Shown one piece after another: positions 21,414 to 32,340 of a stretch of DNA of 64,000 nt. A program made the position numbers and the translations under genes. Positions within the stretch are counted from its first letter, which is position 1; each line of letters starts with the position of its first letter. The notes under the pieces were generated by a model. That model was not told where the DNA came from. It saw only the letters and a program-made list of their open reading frames with translations, and did no database searches. The DNA comes from an uncultured Planctomycetaceae bacterium (GTDB taxonomy: Bacteria; Planctomycetota; Planctomycetia; Planctomycetales; Planctomycetaceae), in assembly GCA_963813715.1 (NCBI GenBank), contig CAWFAK010000008.1:384001-448000 (forward strand). Reading direction: 5' to 3'.

Positions 21414-21492
21414 GGGTGCCATGCCCACCGGTTTCGGTGGGCATCCGCGATTCGCAGCGGAAAACATGCCCACGCCGGGCCGTGGGCATGGC
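21414..21492. repeat. REP-like inverted pair, family C (GGGTGCCATGCCCAC-loop-GTGGGCAT)
   Basis: Hairpins at 21414-21444 and 21465-21492; third unit at 47266-47297. Confidence 0.75.
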
Positions 21493-21643
21493 TGTCAGAT
21501 CGCGATGGACGGACCAGGTTTTCGCCGCTCAGTGCCGACGGCAGGCACAGCCTGCCCTGCCCAAGGCGTTCGTGATCGCGTCGGTCATTTTTGCTCTGTC
21601 GGCGCACTCTGTCCGAGGGTATCGCGAGACGCGTCGGTCGCGC

Positions 21644-23045
21644 TTACTCGATCACCTGATAAACCGCTCCGCCGCCGGGCGGCAGCGTCACTGTGATGCT
21701 TCGCCCCGACACTTGAAGGGCCGGCGCATTCCCCATTGGGACTAGCGACTGGACCTTTCTGTTCAGCGACAGGCTGATCGAGCCCGACGTTCGCTCCGGC
21801 GACGAAACGATCGCCGCATAAGTCACACCCCCTGGGCCGCCGAGGAAATTGAGGTAGTCTCCCGGCATTTGCCGACCCGATAAGCTCACGGGCGTTGGGT
21901 TCGGCGGAGAATGAATCAGCGTGTGCGACGCAAGCAGGATCGTCTGAACCGATTGGATATCGGGAATCGTTTGAGTCTGCAGCTGCACGAGCTGGGGCCC
22001 TGGCGTGTACCCCGGAAAACTGACGAGCCCGGGATAGCTGCCGGTGTTGTAGGCCTTCTTATAGGCCCAAGATGCTCCGCGCGGCGGTGCCGTCGCATCC
22101 GTCGACACCCACTCTGGAATCTGCGCGTAGACAAAAAAGATGACGCCTTTGGCTCCCATCGCAGCAGCCGCCCAAGCTTGCCACGATGCTTGCGCAGGCG
22201 TCGGCATCTCCCACTCGAGTCCGGAGCCCGCCGCGACCGTGACCGTTCCATTGGCATTGATCACGGAGGTTCCTTCCACTCCCTGGAACGCCTGGCCCAT
22301 CGCCCAGACTTGCGGGTTGCCCTCCTCGTACGCGGTCCCAATATCCGCCGCCATGTCGAGAAAATACGAGTAGGAACTGTTTCCGGTTGGCCCCGAGTTG
22401 GGATCGGCGAAAAAGGGATAGCGATCGAACGAAACCCAGGTCAGCGTGTTCACCGCTTTCAAGATCGTCGAGACGGTGCCCGGAGCCAGCACGGTCGTTA
22501 CGGGCAGATTGGCAGCCTGGGCCTGGGTCACATACGACGCGAGTTGTTTCGCATCCGCGGCCGGCGGTTCGTCGCCCAAACTGAAGGCGAACGGTTTCGT
22601 GTTGGCTCCATTCCAGATCGTTCCCAACGTCTCCAGAGCCGATGCGATGAAGGCGTTATTGTTCTGCGACGCGTTCAGGTAAAAGTCCCCGTCGGAGCCG
22701 TTGATGTTCATGACTCCAAACTGCTGCGCAGCCGCGGCGAACTCCGACACTTCGGCACTCGTGGCTTCAGGACCATCGGTCGTCCAAACCAGATTGAAGC
22801 TGTTGTTGGCCGTCAGGACGGGGAAAAAAGTCTGGGTCAAGAACGGAGTCAGGTTTTGTGCGCGATTGGCGGGGGTGTCCGTGTAGTCGGGAATGTAGGT
22901 CGTTTCCCAAGCCGTATACACGCCGAACACAAACTGCGTGGTCGGCGCATTGGTCTGGGCGAAATTGTTCGCAGTTACGGGTGAGAACGAGGTGACGACC
23001 AAAAGCAGAGAACAGCAAAGAAAGAGCAAGTGTCGTGGTTCTCAT
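21644..23045 (-). CDS. Secreted protein, putative glycoside-hydrolase-like TIM barrel; start uncertain (23029 or 23045 with frameshift)
   Basis: Signal peptide; FSLGDEP, VSFDRYPF, VWAMGQAF, AAAMGAKGVIFFVY; beta-rich C-terminus. Confidence 0.55.
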
Positions 23046-23413
23046 CTTTTGGACCTTGAAAACTGCGGTGGGGATTGCAGCTTTTTTGCCACAACTCAGG
23101 ACGTAGGCGGGTCTCGATCGAAGAGGCTTGCGGTGGCAGCCGATTGAGGGCGGAGAGAGCGGACAATCCCAGCGGGCGATTTCCTGGAAGGATACGGCGA
23201 CTGCGCAATACACGAGACATATGGCCGGATGCGCTGCTGCAAATCAAGCGGTAATTGTCAAGTTGAGCCGACAAACGATGAAAATGGCGCCGTCAATTAG
23301 TGGACAAACGTTTCAAGACGCGCCGACAACCCCGGGCGGGCCGCAGTGCATCCGCTGGGTGCGCCGCCAAAATCGAGCGCGAGCCCGATGCACTAACCGT
23401 GGACTCTCTAATC

Positions 23414-25306
23414 TCAGCGAACGGCTGGCACCCCCTGACCTGGGTCGATCGAAGTCCGCCCCACGGTGGCGTCTCGCGGTTGGGGGACAGAATTGTCCCG
23501 CGGAACTCGCAAATAGCCGAGCGTCTGTCGCAGGATCTCCGCGGCGGCTGGGGCGGCGACCGTTCCGCCGTAGTGGGTGCCGCTCGTCGTCGGTTCGTCG
23601 ACGACGACCAGCACGAGCACGCGCGGCGCGGCGGCCGGGGCTCCGCATAAGAAGGAGCTGACGTACTTGTCGGCCGAGTACGTTCCCGTCGCCGGATCGA
23701 GCTTTTGGGCTGTCCCCGTTTTGCCGAAGACTGAATAGCCGGGCAAATTCGCTCGCGTGCCCGTGCCGCGGAGGACGACGTCGCGCATCGGCCCTTCGAT
23801 GAGCCAGCGTGCCGATTCGTGATCGGTCGGGCGGCTGACAAGGGGCGTCGATAGCGGCAACTCTCTCCCACCTTCGGCCGGCGCGTCGAGTGTGCGGCCA
23901 TCGAGCGTACGCAACACGAGCTTGGGCGAGATCAGCGTCCCGCCGTTGGCGAGTGCGGCGTGGGCGGCGATCATCTGCAGCGGCGTCACCGCCAACTCCT
24001 GGCCGATCGAGAGCGACGCGTTCGAGTACGACGACCAGCGCTTCACCGGATGCACCAGGCCGCCAATTTCTCCGGGCAGCCCCGAGCCGGGAACGCGGCC
24101 GAAGCCGAACGCGGCGATCGTCGCGAACAGCTCGGCGTTCGACAGCCGCGCCCCGATTCGCGACATGCCGATGTTGCTCGACTTCACCAACACGTCGGCC
24201 ACGCTGAGCAGGCCGAACGGATGCGTGTCGTGAAAGATGCGGCTGGCGAGGTGTGTTTCGCCGCCGGCGCAATCGATCGCCTCGTCGGGCCTGACACGGC
24301 CGCGCTCGAGCGCCCCGGCGACGACGAACGGCTTGAACGTCGAGCCCGGCTCGTACATCCAGGCGATGGCCCGATTCATCCAGGCTTCTTCCGAGACGCC
24401 TTCCGGACGGTTCGGATCGAAGGCCGGCCGCGACGCCATCGCGAGGATCTCGCCGCTGGCCGGATCCGCGACGAGCGCGACGGCCCCGCGCGGCATCCAC
24501 TCGGCGACGACCCGATCGAGCTCGCGCTCGGCGTAAAGCTGGACGATCGAATCGAGCGTCGTCACGACCGAGCGCCCGGGTTGCGGCGGAATATCGGTAT
24601 CGTCGGGCACGTCGATCACGCGGCCCCGCGCGTCGCGGTACAGCGTTCGCCTTCCCGGTTTCCCGCGGAGGACGGCCGCCAACGACTGCTCCAGGCCGCC
24701 GCGGCAATTTCCGTCGACGTCCCGCAGACCGAGGACGTGGGCCGCGAGCGCCCCCTGCGGATATCGGCGGACGAACTCGTCGCGAAATCCCCATGCGGCC
24801 GGCGGCAGGTCGAGCGCGCCGACGGCTTGCTCTTCCTCTGGAGTCAGCCGCCGCTTCACCCAGGCGAATTTCTTGTCGTCCCGCTGTAGCCGCTCGCAGA
24901 GGCGACCGGCATCGAGACCCAGCGCGCGGGCGACGCGCTGTGCGGAAGGCCACGGGTCAGCGATTTTTTCCGGCACGACGAACAAGCTGCGGGCGACAAC
25001 CGACGTCGCCAGCACGCGGCCGCCGCGGTCGAGCAAATCGCCGGGCGGCGCGGGCAGCAGCTCGACGTACGATTTCTGCCGCGTCCCCCGCTCCGCCAGC
25101 CGCGCGCGTTCGACCACCTGCAGCTGCACGAGCCTCGCTGCGACGGCCAGGCCGCCCAGCGCGAGCATGCCCACGATCATGCCGCGCCGCAGCCGAATGT
25201 TGGCGGGCTTCCCGGGGCGCCGTAACAACGGTGCGCGCACGGGCGGCGCAGTGGCAGCGAGGGTATCCGCATGAGACGGATCGAGGGGCGCGGGCTCTGC
25301 GGACAT
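23414..25306 (-). CDS. ftsI: Class B penicillin-binding protein (FtsI/PBP3-like)
   Basis: N-terminal TM; GDLLDRGG, RRYPQG, GLEQSL dimerisation motifs; intact STFK, SSN and KTGT catalytic motifs; dcw position. Confidence 0.85.
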   Translation of the reverse strand: MSAEPAPLDPSHADTLAATAPPVRAPLLRRPGKPANIRLRRGMIVGMLALGGLAVAARLVQLQVVERARLAERGTRQKSYVELLPAPPGDLLDRGGRVLATSVVARSLFVVPEKIADPWPSAQRVARALGLDAGRLCERLQRDDKKFAWVKRRLTPEEEQAVGALDLPPAAWGFRDEFVRRYPQGALAAHVLGLRDVDGNCRGGLEQSLAAVLRGKPGRRTLYRDARGRVIDVPDDTDIPPQPGRSVVTTLDSIVQLYAERELDRVVAEWMPRGAVALVADPASGEILAMASRPAFDPNRPEGVSEEAWMNRAIAWMYEPGSTFKPFVVAGALERGRVRPDEAIDCAGGETHLASRIFHDTHPFGLLSVADVLVKSSNIGMSRIGARLSNAELFATIAAFGFGRVPGSGLPGEIGGLVHPVKRWSSYSNASLSIGQELAVTPLQMIAAHAALANGGTLISPKLVLRTLDGRTLDAPAEGGRELPLSTPLVSRPTDHESARWLIEGPMRDVVLRGTGTRANLPGYSVFGKTGTAQKLDPATGTYSADKYVSSFLCGAPAAAPRVLVLVVVDEPTTSGTHYGGTVAAPAAAEILRQTLGYLRVPRDNSVPQPRDATVGRTSIDPGQGVPAVR

Positions 25307-25321
25307 CCGAGCGTGCCCTGA

Positions 25322-25636
25322 TTAGTAGTCGCGAGTGCCGGTTTCGTGCTCCGCCACGATCGCCGGTCGCCGTGCGACCTCAGCGTGCGATTTGCCCGTC
25401 GCTTTGCCCGCGATCACTTCGCGCCGCTCGTTCTCCAGCGCATCGAGCAGCCGGGCCGGGGCGCCGAGCTGCTGCGTCTGCAGCCGCTGCCGCGCGTAGA
25501 GGTCGCGCAGAACCTCGTAGCGATAGTGCTCGCGGGCCAGCGCGCGGCGGAGCGTCAGGCACCGTTTTTCGAGGGCGATCCCCGAGACGGCAACCAGCAC
25601 CGCCAGCACCAACGCCGCACCGAAGCGAAAATACAT
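25322..25636 (-). CDS. FtsL-like small bitopic coiled-coil protein
   Basis: TM followed by a Leu-periodic helix and QQLGAPARL; sits immediately upstream of ftsI. Confidence 0.55.
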   Translation of the reverse strand: MYFRFGAALVLAVLVAVSGIALEKRCLTLRRALAREHYRYEVLRDLYARQRLQTQQLGAPARLLDALENERREVIAGKATGKSHAEVARRPAIVAEHETGTRDY

Positions 25637-25646
25637 CGCTTCGTAG

Positions 25647-27535
25647 TTATCGGCGCTCGTCGACCTCGCTCGACAGTCCGACGCTGCTGGCATCGCCGGG
25701 CAGCGCCAGCTCGAGCCCGACTTTCACTTGGTTGGGGTTGGACAACTTATCGCGGTTCATCTCGTAAATCTGAATCCAGCGCGACGAACGCCCCAGATGC
25801 TTGGACGCGATCTCCGAGAGCGTGTCGTGCTCGCCCGTGCGATATTTCGCGGTGCCGTCGGGGCTGATGAAGAATCCGGTTGGCGCGGATTTGGCGGTTG
25901 CGTCCTCGGCGGCCGTCGTCTGCACCCGCGTGCCCGCCGGCAGGAACTGGCCATACTGCTCCTCCAGCACCTCGACCGGCGGCGTGCTGACCTTCATGCC
26001 CGGACGCATCCGGCTCGGATCGGGAATCCGCGACTTGTTGAGCTCGGCGAGCGCCTGGAAGTAGCGGGCGTTGCCGTATTTTTTCCGCGAGATGGTCCAA
26101 AAGTTGTCCTGCGGCTGCACGACGTAGTAGTCGCCGGCGTCGCTGGTCGTTCCCACCGGCGAGACGGCGCCGGGGCTCGTCGTCGCGTGAGCCGGCTGGG
26201 CGAGCGGATTTTCGGCCGTGGCCGAGGGCGAGAACCTTTCGGCCGAACCCGACTGAGAAAACCTTTCGGCCGAACCCGTGCCCGCTCCCGGTCGATTGCC
26301 GCCAAACGGATCGTCGGACCCAGCCGCCGGACGGGGCTCGCCGTTTTGCACGAGCGTGTTGCTCGACGCGTTGAGCGACGCCGTGCCGGCGGTGCGCTGT
26401 TGCGGCGGCTCGCCACCAAACGGGGAGTCGCCACTGCTGGGCGAGCGTTCGTTGCCACCCAGGAGCGCTTCCGCCCTGCCACTAGTCGACGCTCCGGCCA
26501 TTGGCGCGCCCGCGGCGGCCGCTCCTCCACTCGGGCCGCCGGGATTGAAGCCCTCCGTGCCGGTGGCGTGCGCATTCTGATTGAAATGGACCACGCCGTT
26601 GCCGGCCGTCGTCGGGTGCCCGACGTGCGGGTGCTCGTCCAGCGTGTCGTTGTCCAGCGGCTCACTCTGCGCGGGTGGATTGCGGCCTGCATTGTTTTGG
26701 CCCATCTGATTTGGCAGCTGGGCTGTCTTCGCGAGGCCCGCCGGTTCCAGTTGATTCTCGCGTCCCGCCATGTGCTGCGGATTTTGCCCCGCCAATTCGC
26801 GGCGGCCGCCATTCTCGTCCGGGAAGAGGTTCTGCATGTCGGAGTCAGCTTTGGCGGCCGTCGCGTGCGGAGCGCCGGCGCTTCCTGCCGGAAGGCCCGC
26901 GTTCTGACCGCGTGAACCCGCGAAGTCTTGGCCGCCGTTCGGCGGGAATTTACCATTCGGCTCGACTCTGCCTGAGGGCGACGCGTTGTCAAAGGGAGAC
27001 GCGCCGCCCTGCGCCCCGCCAGCGACCGGCTGGCCAGGCTCCGACTGTGCCGGGGGCTGTTGCGGCCGACGCTCCGGTTGTCCGCCCAAGTCTCCGAATG
27101 GATTGGCTTCGGTCTCGTGTCCGCCCGCAGGGGCGGAGTGGCCTGCCGGTGTCAGTGCGACGGAGCCGGCACCCGCGCGATTCTGTTGACGATTTCGCTC
27201 GGCCGGATTCACACCGCGGTTGGCACCCTGTTCGTCGAGCGAGCCAAAGCCGTTGGCCGAAGTGCCGCCGAGATGGGCGATGCCGGCCGTTCTCTGCCCA
27301 GCGACGCGGCGCCGCCGGTAAGATTTTCGTGAGTATTCCCGTCGTGCTCGCCGTCAAAGGGCGAGTTGCTCGCGTCGGCGTGCTTCTCCCCCGCAGCGCC
27401 CTCGGTGCCGGGCGCCGTCGCGTCGACGGTCAGCGCGTCAGGGTTGTGCTTGGCTTCCTGGTACTTGCGATAGGCGACGAAGCTGAAGACGCCGGCCAGC
27501 ACTACGACTAGCACCAGCCCCAGGATGCGACTCAA
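25647..27535 (-). CDS. Membrane-anchored protein with a long low-complexity linker and two C-terminal LysM domains; frameshift near 27210
   Basis: TTG start overlaps the rsmH stop (TTGA); TM ILGLVLVVVLAGVFSFVAY; LysM1 YVVQPQDNFWTISRKKYG; LysM2 YRTGEHDTLSEIASKHLG. Confidence 0.8.
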
Positions 27536-28533
27536 GGTCGAGTTGTCCGGGGAGGCGGGGACGTCCCAGTCGGCCTCGTGGCCGTCTTCCGCGTCGCTGC
27601 CCGCAGCTTCGCGGTGCGCGAGCGCGGATTCATCCTCTGTTCCGCCGACCGAGCCGTGACCGGTTTGGGGGTAAGGTTTTGCCATAGTGCTTGGTCCCGA
27701 AAAGCGTCTTTGACCAATCGATCTTCGAGGGAATGAAAACTGGCGATCACCGCGCGGCCGCCCGGCTTCAACCGGTCGGGCAGCGCTGTGGCGAGGAATT
27801 CTTGGAGGTGTTCCAGCTCGTGATTGACGGCAATCCGCAAGGCTTGAAAGACACGAGTGGCTGGGTGAGTGGAGACAGGAGCGGCGTGATGCCGCTTGGG
27901 ACCGCGGGGCTGCGCGGCGGCAACAGCCGCGACAAGATTGGCGGCCGTCCAATGCGTGACATCCGCGCGACGCGCGACGATGGCTCGAGCAATCGCCCGG
28001 CTGGCCCGCTCTTCGCCAAAACGCTCGAGCAACTCGGCCAATTCGCTTTCGTCGAGCGTAGCGAGCAGTTCCGATGCGGTTGGCCCAGTGGAAGGATCGA
28101 ATCGCATATCGAGCGGCGCGCGGCCCGACTGGCTTTGCTGAATGCCGCTCTGGATGCCGAACCCGCGCAACGGGTCGGCCAATTGGTCGGACGACAGTCC
28201 CAGGTCGAGCAGCAAGCGGTCGACTTGGGCGATTCCGAGTGAGTCGAGGATGGTGGGCAGCTCGGCATAACTGGCTGGTTTCAAGGTCACGCGGGTGTCC
28301 GCCAAGACGCGGGACGCTCGGGCGAGCATTGTGGGATCGCGGTCCAGGCCGATCAGTCGGCCGTCGGCTCCGAGTTGTTCGAGGATGACTTGGCTATGAC
28401 CGCCACCGCCGACCGTGCCGTCGACTACCACGAGTCCCGGTTGCAGCTCCAGAAGCTGCAAGACTTCCCGGACGAGCACCGGACGGTGCACGGACGCGCC
28501 CGGATCGTGGCCGGCCGGCGTCGGATCGGACAT
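27532..28533 (-). CDS. rsmH: 16S rRNA m4C1402 methyltransferase
   Basis: HRPVL, VDGTVGGGGHS, DLGLSSDQL, PLDMRFD, FQALRIAVNHEL, SFHSLEDRLVK, NPRSRTAKLRA. Confidence 0.96.
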   Translation of the reverse strand: MSDPTPAGHDPGASVHRPVLVREVLQLLELQPGLVVVDGTVGGGGHSQVILEQLGADGRLIGLDRDPTMLARASRVLADTRVTLKPASYAELPTILDSLGIAQVDRLLLDLGLSSDQLADPLRGFGIQSGIQQSQSGRAPLDMRFDPSTGPTASELLATLDESELAELLERFGEERASRAIARAIVARRADVTHWTAANLVAAVAAAQPRGPKRHHAAPVSTHPATRVFQALRIAVNHELEHLQEFLATALPDRLKPGGRAVIASFHSLEDRLVKDAFRDQALWQNLTPKPVTARSAEQRMNPRSRTAKLRAATRKTATRPTGTSPPPRTTRP

Positions 28534-29225
28534 TGGCTTTATGCGAAGGCGTTTGAGTTGTGTTGTGAGCGAGCGCTACGAGACGGGAAATGAGAGCGTT
28601 GGGTAGTTGCTGGTCGAAAGCCGGTCGCAGCCGCCCCGACGGATTTTGGCCCGAGGAAACTCGGCCCGAAAGGAACTTTGAGGGGGAATCTTAGAGGGGA
28701 GGTTGCGGGCTCGACCGCCGAAGGGAGGCGCTTTTACGAGATTTTCAGAATCCTGAAAACCCCAAAACGCCGCGGGGAGGAGCCGTTTCGCGCCAATCGC
28801 GGGAGGAAAAAACGCACCCGCGGCGAAGCGCGGGCAGAAGAAAATGCGCCCGCGGTCAGCGCGGGGCAGAATTAAACGGGGCACGCGGCGGCCGGCAGGG
28901 CGCCTGCCCGCGCCGCGGCCCCCAAATGCCACTGGCAAAAAAGTAAACCGAGCCATTCGCCTCCGGGAGACATCCTTGGCTCCCGATCGGAGAGGCGAAT
29001 GGCTCATGGACTAGCAGGACAGGGTGGCCCTGCATCAACCGTCCATAGGTTTACCGGCGAAGCCTCCTGCTTCCCGTGTCCGCAAAGCCCGGTAAGCCAG
29101 CGGATTATTCCTGCGAAACTGATGCAATTTCGGTCAACAACGCGGCGCTTCGATCATCAACGGGGCGCTTAATCAACAACGTGACGAGTGGAACGAGAAC
29201 CGTCGCGGCGGCGAACAGACGAACG

Positions 29226-29672
29226 TCAGTCGAGCGCCTGCGAACCCAGATCGTCGAAGTTGGGAGCGTTCTTCGTCAGCAGCTCATCCCAGGCCATTTT
29301 GTCCCAAATTTCCGCATGATCCCGCACGCCGACCAGCACGATGTCGTGCTTCAGGGCGGCGTGCTTCACGAGTCGTTCCGGGATGCGAATTCGTCCTTGA
29401 GGATCCACGGAGATCTCCTCGGCTGACGGAAAGAGCATGCGGAAAAAATTGCGGGAGCCGGCCTGGTTGGTGGCATGCTCCTGAAGTCTGGCGGACCGCG
29501 CTTCAAACCCTTCGGCACTAAACAGGTCGAGACACCCGTCCATTCCGGGGGCCACAAAAACCACTACCTCTTCGTCTTGCGAGAGCTGCTTTCTCAGAGG
29601 CTTCGGAATGGCGATGCGGAGCTTTTCATCCAGGATTCGCTCATAGGTACCCGTGAGGGTCCTGGTCGCCAT
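29226..29672 (-). CDS. mraZ: Division/cell wall cluster repressor MraZ
   Basis: Two SpoVT-AbrB repeats (LDEKLRIAIP, VDPQGRIRIP); VGVRDHAEIWD. Confidence 0.93.
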   Translation of the reverse strand: MATRTLTGTYERILDEKLRIAIPKPLRKQLSQDEEVVVFVAPGMDGCLDLFSAEGFEARSARLQEHATNQAGSRNFFRMLFPSAEEISVDPQGRIRIPERLVKHAALKHDIVLVGVRDHAEIWDKMAWDELLTKNAPNFDDLGSQALD

Positions 29673-29692
29673 TTTTCACCATAATTCACCAC
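29667..29692 (-). promoter_or_regulatory. Three MraZ-binding-type direct repeats with 10-bp period
   Basis: GTGGTG-aatt-ATGGTG-aaaa-ATGGCG on the minus strand; the third includes the mraZ start codon. Confidence 0.7.
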
Positions 29693-29864
29693 TGCGTGGG
29701 ATTCCGTTTTTACCAAGTGCCGGCGGTGTTTCAAGCGAGGGATTTGTTAAATGTCTGGCCAGCGCGCCGTGTCCGCGCAAGATCGTTCCGACAAGCGGAG
29801 TTACGACTTCTCAACTTTTTTTCACGCGAGGCCGAATGCGCAAAGTTGAACGTCGTTATATGCG

Positions 29865-31094
29865 TCACTTGGACGAGCGAGCGGCCAATTCGGCATAAAG
29901 CCGCTCATAGGCCGCGGCCACAATCGGCCAGGTAAAGCGTTCTTTGACAATGCTTTGCGCCTCGGCTGCGGCGTCCCGCGAGTGCTCGCGATCGGCCAGA
30001 GTCGCCCGCAAAGCGTCCGCCAAGCCATTCTCCCCACTGCTACCCACCCCGGCGTCCAATTGCCGATCGCCGCCCCCCACACCGCCCATTTGCGGACCGA
30101 CGCTCACCACCCGTCCCCACTTCCCGTCCCCCAGCAAGTCGCGGATCCCTTCCACTGTGGTGGCCACCACCGGTGTTCCGGCGGCCATCGCTTCCAGCAC
30201 GACGTTGGGCAATCCCTCCCATCGCGACGGCAGCACAAACACGTCGGCCGCCCGCATCAGTCCGGCGATGTTGGCCTGGCGGCCCGCGAAGTGAATCCGC
30301 CCGTCCAGATTTCGCGCGGTTGTCCACGCGCGTAGTTCACTCGCCAGCGGACCGTCTCCGACCATCAACAGATGCACGTCGGCGTGATCGACGACGAGCT
30401 GCGCGGCCGCATGCAACAGTTCGAACGGACCTTTTTGCGGATCGAGCCGACCGACGAACAACACGACGCGACTGCCGGTCGGCACGCCAAACGGCGCGAG
30501 ATCAACGGGCGCCGCGTTCGCGAAGCGCTCGACGTCGACGCCGTTGGGAATCACGGACATCTTCGCGCTGGGTAAGCGGCCAACCTGCGCGGAGAAATCC
30601 GCCACGTCGCGGCTAACGCAGACGTGCCGCGTCACCAACCGATCGGTGAGGCGATCGAGCCACAGCCGCGGGCGGCTGCGTTTTTCCGCCACGCGAATTC
30701 CGGAGACAATCACGGGCACGCGAGCCGCGGTTCCTGCCAGGCGTCCCACGATGTTCGCATGAAACAGGAAAGTCTGCAGGATCGCGGGCCGCAGCGCCGC
30801 CAATCGCCGCGCGAGGGGCCACACAACAAAGAAATCGCGCAAGCACCGCGCCCCCAGACAGACGACGTCGACGCCGGCCGCCCGCAGCTCGTCGACCAGG
30901 ACGCCCCCGGCGTCGAGACAAAATACGTGCGGTTCCCAGCGGCGGCGATCGAGTCGCGTTACGATTTGCACGAGCGCTCGCTCGGCCCCACCCGCGTCGA
31001 GATCGGTGACGCAAAAGGCGATGCGCGTGGGCGATGTCTGGCTGGGCTGCGTCTGAGTGGGCGGGGTTTCGCGGGACACGGGGTTGAGCGACAC
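29865..31094 (-). CDS. GT4-family glycosyltransferase
   Basis: GGAERAL, IPNGVD, FVGRLDPQKG, LPSRWEGLPNVVLEAMAAG. Confidence 0.92.
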   Translation of the reverse strand: MSLNPVSRETPPTQTQPSQTSPTRIAFCVTDLDAGGAERALVQIVTRLDRRRWEPHVFCLDAGGVLVDELRAAGVDVVCLGARCLRDFFVVWPLARRLAALRPAILQTFLFHANIVGRLAGTAARVPVIVSGIRVAEKRSRPRLWLDRLTDRLVTRHVCVSRDVADFSAQVGRLPSAKMSVIPNGVDVERFANAAPVDLAPFGVPTGSRVVLFVGRLDPQKGPFELLHAAAQLVVDHADVHLLMVGDGPLASELRAWTTARNLDGRIHFAGRQANIAGLMRAADVFVLPSRWEGLPNVVLEAMAAGTPVVATTVEGIRDLLGDGKWGRVVSVGPQMGGVGGGDRQLDAGVGSSGENGLADALRATLADREHSRDAAAEAQSIVKERFTWPIVAAAYERLYAELAARSSK

Positions 31095-31188
31095 GAGGTT
31101 TGCGCGACGGGAGGGTTCGCGCGGCAGGGTTTCGCGCGAGACGGAACGCTTTTCGACTTCAGTCTAACAGGTGAATGGCCCGCCGCAG

Positions 31189-32257
31189 ATGGACGAATTA
31201 GCCGCCTACGACTACGAGCTGCCGGCCGAGCTGATCGCGACGGAGCCGTTGCCCCGCCGCGACGCCGCGCGTTTGCTCGTCGTCGACCGCTCGACCGGAC
31301 GCCTCGAGCACCGCAGCGTCAGCGACCTACCGGAAATTCTGCGCCCGGGCGATCGCCTCGTCTTGAACGACACGCGGGTCGTCCCGGCCCGGCTGTTCGG
31401 CATACGGAAGGCCACCGGCGGCAAATGGGACGGGCTGTTTCTCGAAACCGACGCCGCCGGTCATTGGCGGCTGATCGGCCACTCGGGCGGCAAGCTGCAG
31501 GCGGGCGAGACGCTGGTGATTGCTCCCGCTCACCACCCCGAGTCTCCCGCGCGGCTGGAACTGACTCTGCTCGCCTGCGACGCCGAGGGAATTTGGACCG
31601 CGGCTCCCACCGCCACTTCCCGCATTTGATCGGTCGGCCGTCGCTCTGCTCGAAGAATTCGGCACCGTTCCGCTGCCTCCTTATCTGCACCGCAAGCTGG
31701 GGGCCACGCTCGACTGGGACCGCTACCAGACGACGTTCGCCGAGCGGCCCGGTGCGGTTGCCGCCCCGACCGCCGGTCTGCACTTCACGCCCGAACTGCT
31801 CGAACGCTGCGACCGCCGCGGCATTCCCCGAACGTTCGTCACGCTGCACGTGGGCATCGGCACCTTTCGACCAATCAGCGTCGAACGGCTGAGCGAGCAC
31901 ACGATGCACGCCGAGTGGTGCGAACTTTCGCCGACGGCCAGCACGACGCTGAACGACACACGCGCAGCCGGCGGCCGCATCGTCGCCGTCGGCACGACGA
32001 GCGTCCGCACGCTGGAGACGGCATCCCACGACGGCCAGTTCACTCCGTGGAGCGGCCCAACGCGGATCTTCATCCGGCCCCCGTATCAATTCGGCGGCGT
32101 CGATTGCCTGCTGACGAATTTCCACCTGCCCCGCTCGACGCTGTTCGTCCTGGTCAGTGCGCTGGCCGGCCTGGAGCTGATCCAGCGGGCCTACGCGGAA
32201 GCCGTCCGCGAACGCTATCGGTTCTACAGCTATGGCGACGCGATGCTCATCGTGTAG
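31189..32257 (+). CDS. queA: S-adenosylmethionine:tRNA ribosyltransferase-isomerase; frameshifts near 31600-31670
   Basis: YDYELPAELIA, LNDTRVVPARL, AAPTAGLHFT, LHVGIGTF, VGTTSVRTLE, TNFHLPRST, YRFYSYGDAM. Confidence 0.93.
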
Positions 32258-32340
32258 CGTCTGTTTCCTAGTTAACGGCTTTACTCACTCAAAGACGCAA
32301 AGGTCCCGAAGCAAGTAAGCTCGAGGACAATTGGAGCTTT

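Noticed and set aside
26233..26278. Duplicated AACCTTTCGGCCGAACCCG as a DNA element
   Set aside because: Explained by a GSAERFS peptide duplication in the LysM protein linker
27536..27952. Extended start of the LysM gene overlapping rsmH by over 150 nt
   Set aside because: rsmH keeps its conserved C-terminus here, and a TTG overlapping its stop gives a normal coupled start
28648..28680. RNase P, SRP or 6S RNA in the mraZ-rsmH gap
   Set aside because: GAGGAAAC does not continue as the RNase P GAGGAAAGUCC signature, and no SRP or tmRNA hallmarks were found
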